DNA from: Mobula hypostoma
Lineage: Eukaryota
Length of the DNA stretch: 64,000 nt
Reading direction: 5' to 3'
Assembly: GCF_963921235.1 (NCBI RefSeq)
Contig: NC_086097.1
Location: forward strand, 253,520,001 to 253,584,000
Shown here: positions 12,710-23,432 of the stretch, piece after piece
How the letters are laid out: each line of letters starts with the position of its first letter
Position numbering within the stretch: position 1 is the stretch's first letter
Position numbers and translations under genes: made by a program
The notes under the pieces: generated by a model
Told to the model about the DNA's origin: nothing
The model's database searches: none
What the model saw: the letters and a program-made list of their open reading frames with translations, nothing else

Positions 12710-12995
12710 GAGTTTTATTTGTCACGTGTACATTGAAATATCCAGTCAAATATGTTGTCCACATCGACAGTCAGCAGAGTCTGAGGATGTGCTGGGGCAG
12801 CTTCTGGCATCAACATAGCATGCTAACAACCTACTAACCTCTACATCTTTGGGCTGTGGGTGGAAACTGTAGCACCCAGAGGAAATCCACAGGGTCATGG
12901 GGAGAACATCAAAACTCCTTACAGGCAGCGGTGGGAATTAAACCCTGGTTGTACGCCAGCACTGTGATAGCGTTATGCTGGCCACTGAGCTCTAC
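12710..12995 (-). mobile_element. V-SINE
   Basis: Reverse V-domain ggaaactgtagcacccagaggaaatccac. Confidence 0.7.
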
Positions 12996-13560
12996 ACTAC
13001 TCTGCCAGTTGGGCACCTAGGCAGCCCGGGTTGTGTCTGTGAATGGAGAGCACACCATTTCAGGTCAGAATCAGAATCGGGTCGAACATCACCGGCACGT
13101 GTGGTGAAATTTGTTGTTTTGCTGAGCAGTACATGATAATAAAAACTATTGAATTGCAATAATGAAATTAACTTTGTAGTGCAAAAAGAGAGCAAAAGAG
13201 CAATAAAACATAGTGAGGTAGTGTTCGTGGGTTCATTGTTCAGAAATCTCCTGAATTCTTGGGGATAACTTCACTCACTTTCAAGGAGGCTTCATCTCAT
13301 GTTCTTGTTATTTCTTGCTATTTATTATTTTTCTTTTGTATTAGCACAGTGTTTGTGTTACCTTTTGCACAATGTTCCTGTTCAGTGTGCTCTTTCATGA
13401 TTCTGTTGTCCTTCTTGGATTTACTATGAATGCCTGTGAGAAGATCAGTCTTAGGCTTGTATATGTTCTTGTACTTTGAACTTTGAAATCTGATGGTGGA
13501 GGGGAAGAAGCTGTTCCTGAAACATCGAGTGTGTGTCTTCAGGCTCCTGTACCTCCTCCC

Positions 13561-13736
13561 TGATGGTAGCAATGAGAAGAGGGCAGGTCCTGGGTGATGG
13601 TAGCAATGAGAAGAGGGCAGGTCCTGGGTGATGGTAGCAATGAGAAGAGGGCATGCCCTGGGTGATGGTAGCAATGAGAAGAGGGCAGATCCTGGGTGAT
13701 GGTAGCAATGAGAAGAGGGCAGGTCCTGGGTGATGG
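13561..13736. repeat. 34-bp tandem repeat x5 inside a Rex1-type 3' fragment
   Basis: Unit tgatggtagcaatgagaagagggcaggtcctggg at 13561, 13595, 13629, 13663, 13697. Confidence 0.95.
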
Positions 13737-14679
13737 GGGTCCTTCATGAAATTTTTTATCGTATTTTGTTTTAAATAGAATTTAATTTTTACAAGTTGCC
13801 CAATGGACTTTGAATGTTGTCTGCATTATTGACCAGACCTGAGTTACTTATTCAACAGCATATCTATTACACAATCGCTTATCGGCCAAACCTTGAACTC
13901 GCAGGTCACAACATCTCGCTTTCCAATATTTGATTTTCTTCACTAACCGTGGGTGACCTTCAATCCAGATTGGGCGTCATGGTTAGAACAATGTTGGGGC
14001 GTTGGAGTTGGGAGCTTAATCCTGGTGTTCCCTATAACGAGTGCCGTACGTCATCCCCTTGGAATGTGTGCCTTTTCCCAGGTGCTCTCGTTTCCTCCAA
14101 CTACATTCGTCGATCATTGTAAAGTGCCTCATGATCAGATTTGGGTTACACTGGGGTTGTTGAAGGTTGCTGTGGTGACCCAGCTCAAAGGGCTGGAAGC
14201 TTCAGGAGCCTGATGGTTGAGGGTAGTAACTGTTCCTGAACCTGGTGGTGAGAGTCCTGAGGCTCCTGTACCTCAGCAGCGAGAGGGGAACAGGACCTGG
14301 GTGGTGGGGGTCTCTGATGATGGATGCTGCTTTTCGGTGATAGTGCTCTGTGCAGACGGAGGGGAGGGCTTTACCCATGATGGACTGGGGGGTCACTGTA
14401 GGTTTCAATGTCCATGTGATAGATAAATCTGAATCTAAAATCAAATGGAGGATAAATACTTGAAGACAGATATTTCACACTTTGATGCCACATTGTTGGC
14501 GTGGGGACAGCAGTGCTCCTAGTCCTGTGTGTGTTTGGCTGGCTCTTCGAGGTACTGACTTAGCAGAAAACTACCTCTGCAAATCCACTGGCAGATTCAT
14601 AAAGTCAAAGAGCACTACAGCACAGGAAAAGACCCTTTGGCACATATAGTCTGTGCTGCACTTGCTAGCAGCAGTGATT

Positions 14680-14880
14680 GGGGTTCAATTCCCACTGCTG
14701 TCTGTATGTTCTCTCCATGACCATGTGGGTTTCCTCCGGGTGCTCTGGTTTCCTCCCACAGTCCAAAGTCATACTCGGGGGTCAGTAAGTTGTGGCCGCG
14801 CTGTGCCTGGTGCCACTTGTGGGCTGCCTCCAGCACATCCTCGGACTGGTTGTTGACACAAACGACGCATTTCATTGTAT
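14680..14880 (+). mobile_element. V-SINE
   Basis: gggttcaattccc plus gtgggtttcctccgggtgctctggtttcctcccacagtccaaag. Confidence 0.8.
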
Positions 14881-15596
14881 GAGGCTGCTGAATTCGTTCA
14901 GTACCATCTCATGTACAGTGACAGGAACATCTCAACTCCTGTATTCAGTACTTTGAACTATGACGGCCAATGGGCCAAAAGCTTCCTTTACAACCCTATC
15001 TACCTGAAACACAGTTTTCAAGGAATTATGGACCTATATTCCCAGATTCCTCTGTTCTGCACAAAGTTAGGCCTCACCAAAATCTTCAACATAACACCTG
15101 ACTAACTTGCCCTCACTCTGTGAGAGGATGACAGTCGCCTCTTCCGAACCCAGAGCAGAGTATCCCCAGAATGGGTCTTCCCATTTACTTTGGGCTGGCT
15201 GTCACAGACCTTCCACACCCAAATAGTCCCTCATTCAGCGTTTTTATTTAAAGAAATGCACAGTGGAATAAAACAACTGAAAGTGAGCTGATGCAAGAGT
15301 ATTTGAACATCTGTAAGCTATTTTCCAAAACCACTGATCCAAGACCGACTAGAAATTATATGACGGCATCAGTGTAATTTTCCCACAATTACCAGAGGCC
15401 TCAAAGGACCAATTTTTAAAAATACATTTTCCAACCCCAACCATTTAGGTCACTAATTGAGCATGATCAAGGAACTCAAAAAATCTTTAAGGATTTCCAA
15501 GCATTTCCTGAGTTTGATAGGTGGGACAAGAGAATGGAAAAAAATCTGAAGGATAGTAGAATATTCTGTCATTGGACAGACACAAACGTTAACTCC

Positions 15597-16270
15597 GTGG
15601 AAAACGTGTGAAGTGATCCACTTTGGAAAGTCAAATTTGAAGGCTGATACAGGGTTAACAGGAGGATTCTTAGTAGTGTGGACCACCAGAAGGTCCATAG
15701 ATCCCACCCCCCCCCCCAAGCTGCCGCGCAAGTTGATAGGGCGATTAAGAAAGTGTATAGTGTGTCGACTTTCATTAGACAGGGGACTGAGTACAAGAGC
15801 TTTGAGGTCATGTTGCAACTCTATAAAACACTGGTTAGACCACACTTGGAGTATTCTGTTCAGTTCTCATCGCCTCATTATAGGAAGGATATGGAAGCTT
15901 TAGAGAGGGCGCAGAGGAGATTTACCAGGTGCTGCCTGGATTAGAGAGCATGTCTTGTGAGGATAGATTGAGTGAGCTAGGGCTTTTCTCTTTGGAGTGA
16001 AGGAGGATGAGAGGTGACTTTAAAGAGATGTACAAGATGTTAAGAAGCGTTGATCAAGTGGAGAGCCAGAGACTTTTTCCTAGGGTCGAAAAGGGCTAAT
16101 ACAAGGGGGAATAATTTTAAGGTGATTGGAGGAAAGTATGGGGGCAAATGTCAGAGGTGGGTGTTTTTACACAGAGTGGTGGCTGCTTGGAACGCATCGC
16201 CTGGGGTGGTGGTAGAGGCAGATACATTAGGGACATTTAAGAAACTGTTAGATAGGCACATGGATGATTA
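15597..16270 (+). mobile_element. CR1 ORF2 3' fragment (frameshifted)
   Basis: [16 protein letters not shown] and TRGNNFKV. Confidence 0.85.
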
Positions 16271-16437
16271 AATGGAATGTTAAATTAACTGCTTTTGATT
16301 AGTAAAGATTATTTCTGTAAAATGCCTTTAACGCACAATTCAGTTCCAGGCTGCTTCACAGAGAAGTGGTGCAAAGATCACAGCAATGGAAACTGGAAAT
16401 GGCATTAAACAATCTTGCATCTGGAATAAGGAGGGTG

Positions 16438-16972
16438 GGACAGGACAGTGGTGGGGAGAGCAGGGCAGGGCAGTGGTGGGGAGAGCAGGACAGGGCAGGG
16501 CAGGGCAGTGGTGGGGAGAGCAGGACAGGACAGGTCAGGGCAGTGGTGGGGAGAGCAGGGCAGGGCAGGGCAGTGGTGGGGAGAGCAGGACAGGACAGGA
16601 CAGTGGTGGGGAGAGCAGGACAGGACAGGACAGTGGTGGGGAGCGCAGGGCAGGACAGGGCAGTGGTGGGGAGAGCAGGACAGGGCAGTGGTGGGGAGAG
16701 CAGGGCAGGGCAGGGCAGTGGTGGGGAGAGCAGGACAGGACAGTGGTGGGGAGAGCAGGACAGGACAGGACAGTGGTGGGGAGCGCAGGGCAGGACAGGG
16801 CAGTGGTGGGGAGAGCAGGACAGGGCAGTGGTGGGGAGAGCAGGGCAGGGCAGGGCAGTGGTGGGGAGAGCAGGACAGGACAGTGGTGGGGAGTGCAGGG
16901 CAGGGCAGTGGTGGGGAGAGTAGGACAGGGCAGTGGTGGGTAGTGCAGGGCAGGACAGGACAGGGCAGTGGT
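16438..16972. repeat. G-rich composite minisatellite: cagtggtggggagag plus (caggR)2-4
   Basis: Directly visible; explains the five overlapping repetitive ORFs at 16366-17038. Confidence 0.95.
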
Positions 16973-17110
16973 GCAGTTGGTAGAGCCCTTGCTTCGCAGC
17001 ACCAAAGATGTGGGTTCAATCCTGACTGTGGCTGCTAACTGTTGAATTTGTTAGTTCTCCCCGTGACTGTGCTGCTTTCCTGTGGGAACTGTGGTTCCTT
17101 CCCACAATGT
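16963..17110 (+). mobile_element. tRNA-headed V-SINE 5' part
   Basis: gtggtgcagttggtagagc (A-box-like), ggttcaatcc (B-box-like), degenerate V-domain. Confidence 0.7.
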
Positions 17111-17127
17111 GAGAACATGAAACATTA

Positions 17128-17409
17128 TAGGACAGTACAGACCCCTCGGCCCACGGTCAGGGTTGACGTAGGACATTACAGGCCCCTCGGCCCACGGTCA
17201 GGGTTGATGTAGGACAGTACAGGCCCCTCGGCCCACGGTCAGGGTTGACGTAGGCGAGTACAGGCCCCTCGGCCCACGGTCAGGGTTGACGTAGGCGAGT
17301 ACAGGCCCCTCGGCCCACGGTCAGGGTTGACGTAGGCGAGTACAGGCCCCTCGGCCCACGGTCAGGGTTGACGTAGGCGAGTACAGGCCCCTCGGCCCAC
17401 GGTCAGGGT
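17128..17409. repeat. 41-bp tandem repeat, ~7 copies
   Basis: Unit gtacaggcccctcggcccacggtcagggttgacgtaggcga. Confidence 0.95.
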
Positions 17410-17644
17410 AAGATCCGCCGGTGTGTAGGTGAGTGGTGAGTAGATGGGAATTTTGGGAGACTTGTATTAGTGTGACAGGGTCAGCATGAACATGGTGGGT
17501 CGAGGACCCAGTCTGTGCTGTAGGTCTCTGACTGTAAGGAGTGGTAATGGGGCTGTGGGACAAAAAAGGTTGATATCTAATCCTCCCAAACTGGATTACC
17601 TTGCATTTTTTCTTGATTAAGTTCCATCTCTGTATCATTTATGA

Positions 17645-17880
17645 GGTGCACAGTGGCGTAATGGTTAGTGTGAGGCTATGACAGTGCAGGCAACCGGGGT
17701 TCAATTCCTGCAGCTGTCGGTAAGGAGTTCGTACGTTCTCACGGAGACCGCGTGGGTTTTCTCTGGGTTTCCCACAGTCCAAGGTTGTATGGGTCAGTAG
17801 GCTAATCGGACACAGTGTCATTGGATGGCGCGAGTTCGTTGAGTCAGAAGGGCACGTTACCCTGCTGGATCTCTTATATA
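17645..17880 (+). mobile_element. V-SINE
   Basis: gtggcgtaatggttag A-box-like, ggttcaattcc B-box-like, V-domain. Confidence 0.75.
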
Positions 17881-19424
17881 AAAAAAATTGCCAGATTTTT
17901 GGAATCTGCAGACTTTTTTCTCCAATCAGGTCATTGTTGCTTTAGCTGGACTGACTCAAGATCTATGGGTCAGTAGGCTAATCGGTCACATGGGTGTAAT
18001 GGTTAGTTGGGTAATTAGTCATGTGGTCGCTGGGACCAGGCAGAGTAATGGTTCAGCATGGAGCAGATGGGCTGAAGGGCCTGTTTCTGTGCTGTAGTAC
18101 TCTGACTCGATGATTCTATGGGTGTAATTGCTTGGTGTGGGTTCATCAAGCCAGAAGGGTGCATTGTATACCTATCAAGTCTCCTTTCAGTCTTCTACAT
18201 TTCTAACTCATCTGGCTCAGAGCAGACTTACATATCTGAATTTCCACCAAACACATACGATGAAGCTTTGTCTTTGGAGATTATTTTGTCTTCCCAGCCT
18301 ACAAGCACAGGGGATATGAGCCGTGACTGCTGAAGCAGTCCACGTTCCTGGGATGGGCTCTGATTCGGCTGTCATCTGTCCCTCATTACTGCTTCCAGAG
18401 CACAAATATCAGTTAAATTCCAGACTGCAATTCAAAAGTCAGATTATTAAGTTACTTTCCAAAACTTTTGAACTGGGTCAGTTTTAGCTTTAATCGAGTC
18501 TGACAGAAATGAAGACCATGATTGGTTTTTGTTTGGACAATAGTACCAAAGTATGCAGTGTGAATAACTGTTCAAATAAACTATTAGCTGTTCTCAGAGC
18601 CCTTGCTTTCCCATACCATAATAATTTGTTCATCTAATTACTGTGCCTTTGATTTATAGCTACACATTCCTCAACGTTCGATATCCAGCGAGAAACAGTA
18701 ATCAAGGCAGCTTTTATATTTCTTCACAATGCTTCGAGTGTCTCTGTTCAGCAATCTCCTCTCTCCATGACCCCTCAAAAAAAAACTGATTATTAAAGCA
18801 TAGCAAGAAAATCTCTCACAACTTTCCCTCTGTCTTTGTAAAACAAAATGAAGGAATTTTTAGTGCTTGTTTCTTCCTCTTTAATCTGTCTCACCTTTGA
18901 CCCCAAAATGGTCCTTTTGGATCTGTTGACGTGGACACAAGTAGCTTTCTGGTGTCCTGAGTGGGGTTCAGTTAGTTTTATCTGAGGGGCTGTTAACCTA
19001 TGAGGAACATAGCAGTCAGGCAATCATTTGCAAAGCTTGTGTAGATTCAGCATATCACCAAAAACTCTTGTTTTTATTCAGAGATACTGCACGGTAACAG
19101 GCCCTTCTGGCCTAGTGAGCCTGCACTGTCCAATTACACCCGTGTGACCAATTAATCAACACAGGAGATTCTGCAGATGCTGCACATCCACAGAAACACA
19201 CGCAGAGTGCTGGAGGAACTCAGCAACATCTATGGAAATGAATAAATAGTCGAGAACCTTCTTCAGGACTGTGACCAAGGTGACCAATTAGCCTACTACC
19301 CCGTATCTTTGGACAGTGAGAGGAAACTGGAGCACATGGAGGAAACCCCCACGGTCACGGGGAGAATGTATAGACAGTGACAGGAATGTCACGCAGGCCA
19401 CTGGTGCTGTAATGTTACGTTAAC

Positions 19425-19842
19425 ATTGGATTTGCGCCTCTGGTGGACTGTGTCCTCTCCAGGGTGCAAGCCAGGGCGGGAAGATTTGAAGAACCGGCTG
19501 TTGCCCGTGCAGTGGGTTCCCCCTCTCCACGTTACTGATGTAGTCCAAGGGAAGGGCACGCACTGATACAGTTTGGTACCAGTGTCTTCACTGGTTGCAA
19601 TCCAAGGCTGACGAGCCCCAGCTGCCCGAAACAACTGGTTTTAAGGCACCAGTGATCCACCTTTTCCCCTTCTCTTGTCAGTGGAAACAGTTCTACTGGG
19701 CCTAGTAGCTAAGCCACACGTGAAGGCCGAAAGTTAGACTTGGTTGTCAGAGGCTGTTAGAGACGCACGCCATTTAGTGCACTTTATAGGTAGTGGGAGC
19801 TTATCCCCACTACCATCTCCAGCTGTGACAACTGTAGGAACC
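19425..19842 (-). mobile_element. Non-coding structured retroelement (RTE-5'UTR-like) with a decayed HDV-like fold at its 5' end
   Basis: GC-rich; perfect 9-bp hairpin at 19789-19814; UUCACGU L3-like loop; no ORF; no TSD seen. Confidence 0.5.
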
Positions 19843-19922
19843 AGTCTTTGACAAACTTCTATAGTGGGGAGCATCATAACTGACTGCATATGGAAACACC
19901 AATGTCCAGGAATGGGAAAGGC

Positions 19923-20574
19923 TACAGAGAGTGATGATATGGCCCAGTTCGTCACAGATACAGAGAGTGATGATACGGCCCAGTTCGTCACAGATACAGA
20001 GAGAGTGATGGATACGGCCCGGTTCGTCACAGATACAGAGAGAGTGATGATACGGCCCGGTTCGTCACAGATACAGAGAGAGCGATGATACGGCCCGGTT
20101 CGTCACAGATACAGAGAGAGCGATGATACGGCCCGGTTCGTCACAGATACAGAGAGAGTGACGGATACGGCCCGGTTCGTCACAGATACAGAGGGAGTGA
20201 CGGATACGGCCCGGTTCGTCACAGATACAGAGGGAGTGACGGATACGGCCCGGTTCGTCACAGATACAGAGGGAGTGACGGATACGGCCCGGTTCGTCAC
20301 AGATACAGAGGGAGTGACGGATACGGCCCGGTTCGTCACAGATACAGAGGGAGTGACGGATACGGCCCGGTTCGTCACAGATACAGAGAGAGCGATGATA
20401 CGGCCCGGTTCGTCACAGATACAGAGAGAGCGATGATACGGCCCGGTTCGTCACAGATACAGAGAGAGCGATGATACGGCCCGGTTCGTCACAGATACAG
20501 AGAGAGTGACGGATACGGCCCGGTTCGTCACAGATACAGAGGGAGTGACGGATACGGCCCGGTTCGTCACAGAT
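19923..20574. repeat. 36-39-bp minisatellite, ~17 copies, inside a Rex1-type fragment
   Basis: Unit gatacggcccggttcgtcacagatacagagggagtgacg; gives the TDTARFVTDTEGV pseudo-ORF. Confidence 0.95.
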
Positions 20575-20823
20575 GCAACCCTCCTCACCACTGATCACAT
20601 CCACTCTACACAGAGCACTGTCACAGGAAAGGAGCATGCATCATCAGGGAACCCACCACCCAGGCCATGCTCCCCTTCCCACACTGAAGAGCAGCAAGAT
20701 TACACTGGGTCAGAAAAGATGGGGGCCTGAAAGCCTATCACTGTTGTGTTTTCAGAATCAGGTTTAATATTACTGGCATACATAGAATGTGTTATTTTCG
20801 GGCAGCAGTGAGTTACAATACAG

Positions 20824-22016
20824 CAGGGGTCTCAACCTTTTCCGCACTGCGGACCGGTTTAATATTGACAATATTCTTGCGGACCGGCCGACCCAGGGGG
20901 TCGGGGGGGGCGGGTAGGGTTGCCAACGGACAAAAGTAGCAGGCAAATACGTTGTGTTTACCACGAGTAAGACTACAATGACCATGAAGCCCCAGTGCGC
21001 ATGTGTGACCTGCGTATGTGTGTATGTGCTGATTTTTTTTCTGCAAATCATTTTCGGCAATTCTGTTCGGGGCGGGAGGGGAGGTGTTAATCACGACTGG
21101 AATATAGGTAATAAGTGGCTAATACACTCAATTTCATTTTTAAAAGGGTTTATCTAACAAATTTAATATTAAACACACAGCACCTATTTTCTTTGCATGA
21201 ATATAGTGATAAGTCAATTATCAGGGGAGGACAGGGGAGCTTGAAGTAAGTGTTGAACGAACTTCTAGTAGAAGTGGTAGAGGCAGGTTTGATATTATCA
21301 TTTAAAGAAAAATTGGATAGGTATATGGACAGGAAAGGAATGGAGGGTTATGGGCTGAGTGCAGGTCGGTGGGACTAGGTGAGAGTAATGTTCAGCACGG
21401 ACTGGAAGGGCAGAGATGGCCTGTTTCCGTACTGTAATTGTTATATGGTTATATAAGTCATAGCATCATAATATTTTGAGTAATGTTTGGATATTACACA
21501 CACAGCACACATTTTCCCCGTATGAACATATAAAATCATTGCAACGCACCAATATCGCTGAATCAGTGGGAGCCCTGGGCTTGATTTCCTGCAACAAAGA
21601 CTGTCCCATCAAGGGGTGATGGGAGTCAGCGATACTCGAAGGGGGTTCCTTATGTCCAGTCTATTCCGCAATTTAGTTTTCGTTGCATTCATTGCAGAAA
21701 ACTCCGCTTCGCAGAAAAATGTTGGAAATGGAATCAACGTTTTCAGTGCTTTCGTGCCTATCTCAGGATATTTAGCCTTGACTTTGATCCGGAATGCCGA
21801 CAGAGATGTTATGTCAAACATACTTTACAGCCCGCCGTCAGTTGCAAGCTTAAGGAGTTGATCTCCTTCCCGCGCTGACAAGGATGACTCGCGGGTAATG
21901 ACCTCGCGTGTGTAATTGCTCAACAGTGGGCGTGACAGGGAATGAGGAAAGGTGCAGCTGACACATATCGCCAAATCATATTGTTTGCTCGCGGCCCGGT
22001 GGTTTGGGGACCGCTG
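20824..22016 (-). mobile_element. hAT (Buster/Charlie-type) non-autonomous composite element, copy 1
   Basis: TIRs caggggtctcaacc / ggtttggggaccgctg; perfect 8-bp TSD CAATACAG with central TA; transposase C-terminal remnant at 21609-21821 (FPT..CEA.FS, KTKLRNRL). Confidence 0.93.
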
Positions 22017-23334
22017 CAATACAGAATAAAAACTATAGGTTACAGTGAATATAGATAAAAAATTAGTTAAAGAGGCAGTGCAGAAAGAGAAAAAATAGTG
22101 AGTTCATGGGTTCACTGCTCATTCAGAAATCTGATGAAGGGAAGAAGCTGTTTCTGAATCATGGTGTGTGAAACATTTGTGAGTATCTTGGTGACATATC
22201 AAGTCTGTTCAAACTCCAAGTGAGATATAGCTGCTGGAGTGGGAAGAGTTGGTTGAGGTAGGGGAGTGGCTGTTGGAATAAAGTATTGTAAAGCAAGAAC
22301 GGTTGGCATGACAACACAGTGGTTAGTGAATATTTTGACAAGTGTTGTTGGCTTTGGCCCGTTTGAAATTGTTGGCCCTGAAACTCCTTGGGCCATGTTC
22401 CGAGAGGCTTCAGCGGAAATATGCCTCGTGGCACAGAGTGTCCAGCGATTGCCGCGTCTGTCATCTTGGGCACATCTTTTAGGGTAAAAATTCACTTTCT
22501 TTGTCATGTGTACATCACAATATCAAAACATTCAGTGAAGTGCATTGTTTGCGTCGACGACGACAGCAGTCCGACGTGCTACGGGTAAACTGCAGGTGCT
22601 GCCACACCTCCAGCAGCAACATAAGACCATCAGATACAGGAGCAGGATCAGGCCATTTGGCCCATCGCGTCTCTCCACCTTTTCATCATGGCTGATCCAA
22701 ATTTCCTCTCAGCTCCAAATCACCTGCCTTCTCCCCTATATCCCTTCATGCCCTGATCAATAAAGAATCTATCAACCTCTGCCCGAAATAATCATAAAGA
22801 TTGGCCTCCACAACTGTCTGTGGCAAAGAATTCCACAGATTCACCACTCTCTGGCGAAAGAAATTACTTTTCCTCTCCGTTCTAAAAAGGCGCCCCTCTT
22901 AATATGAGGCTGTGTCTTCTGGTCTTAGGCTCTCCCATCATAGAAAACATCCTCTCCACATCCACTCTATCAAGGCCTTTCACCATTCAGTAGGTTTCAA
23001 TGAGATCACCCCACATTGTTCTGAATTCTAGTGAATACAGGCCCAGAGTCATCAGATGCTCTTCATATGACCAGCCATTCAAACCTGGAATAATTTTTGT
23101 GAACCTCCTTTGAACCTTATCCAGTGTCAGCACATCCTTTCTAGGATAAGAGGTCCAAAACTGCTCACAATACTCCGTGAGGTCTCAGCAGTGCTTTATA
23201 AAGTCTCAACATTGCATCCTTGCTTTTATATTCTAGTCCTCTTGAAAGTAATGCTAACATTGCATTAGTCTTCCTCACTACAGACTCAAACTGCAAATTA
23301 ACCTTTAGGGGGATCCAGCACAAGGACTCCCAAG

Positions 23335-23432
23335 CAAAACACATAAAAATTGCTGGTGAACGCAGCAGGCCAGGCAGCATCTATAGGAAGAGGTGCAGTC
23401 GACGTTTCGGGCCGAGACCCTTCGTCAGGACT
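23335..23432 (-). mobile_element. Penelope-like element 3' mini-insertion
   Basis: Matches 51963-52060; flanked by the direct repeat aggactcccaag (23323-23334 and 23427-23438). Confidence 0.85.
23397..23432 (-). ncRNA. Minimal type I hammerhead ribozyme motif
   Basis: AGUC-CUGACGA-A-GGG(ucucgg)CCC-GAAA-CGUC-GACU: intact core, stems I and II, palindromic ACGU at helix III. Confidence 0.8.

Noticed and set aside
16968..17025. Possible tRNA gene
   Set aside because: Only A/B-box-like motifs, no complete cloverleaf, runs into the V-domain: a SINE head.
16366..17038. Five overlapping 156-204-aa repetitive ORFs
   Set aside because: By-products of a stop-free G-rich minisatellite, open on both strands.
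17128..17409. CRISPR-like appearance of this and other 34-54-bp arrays
   Set aside because: Head-to-tail units with no unique spacers, no cas genes, eukaryotic context.
19608..19634. CTGACGA...GAAA hammerhead-like string on the + strand
   Set aside because: Stem II does not pair convincingly and there is no UH triplet or stem I; it lies antisense in the element.
20103..20436. TDTARFVTDTEGV / TNRAVSVTPSVSV repeat proteins
   Set aside because: Translation of a 39-bp VNTR; neighbouring 38-bp units shift the frame.
21609..21821. Possible ZBED/Buster-derived host gene exon
   Set aside because: Lies within TIR- and TSD-bounded elements present twice, with disruptions.
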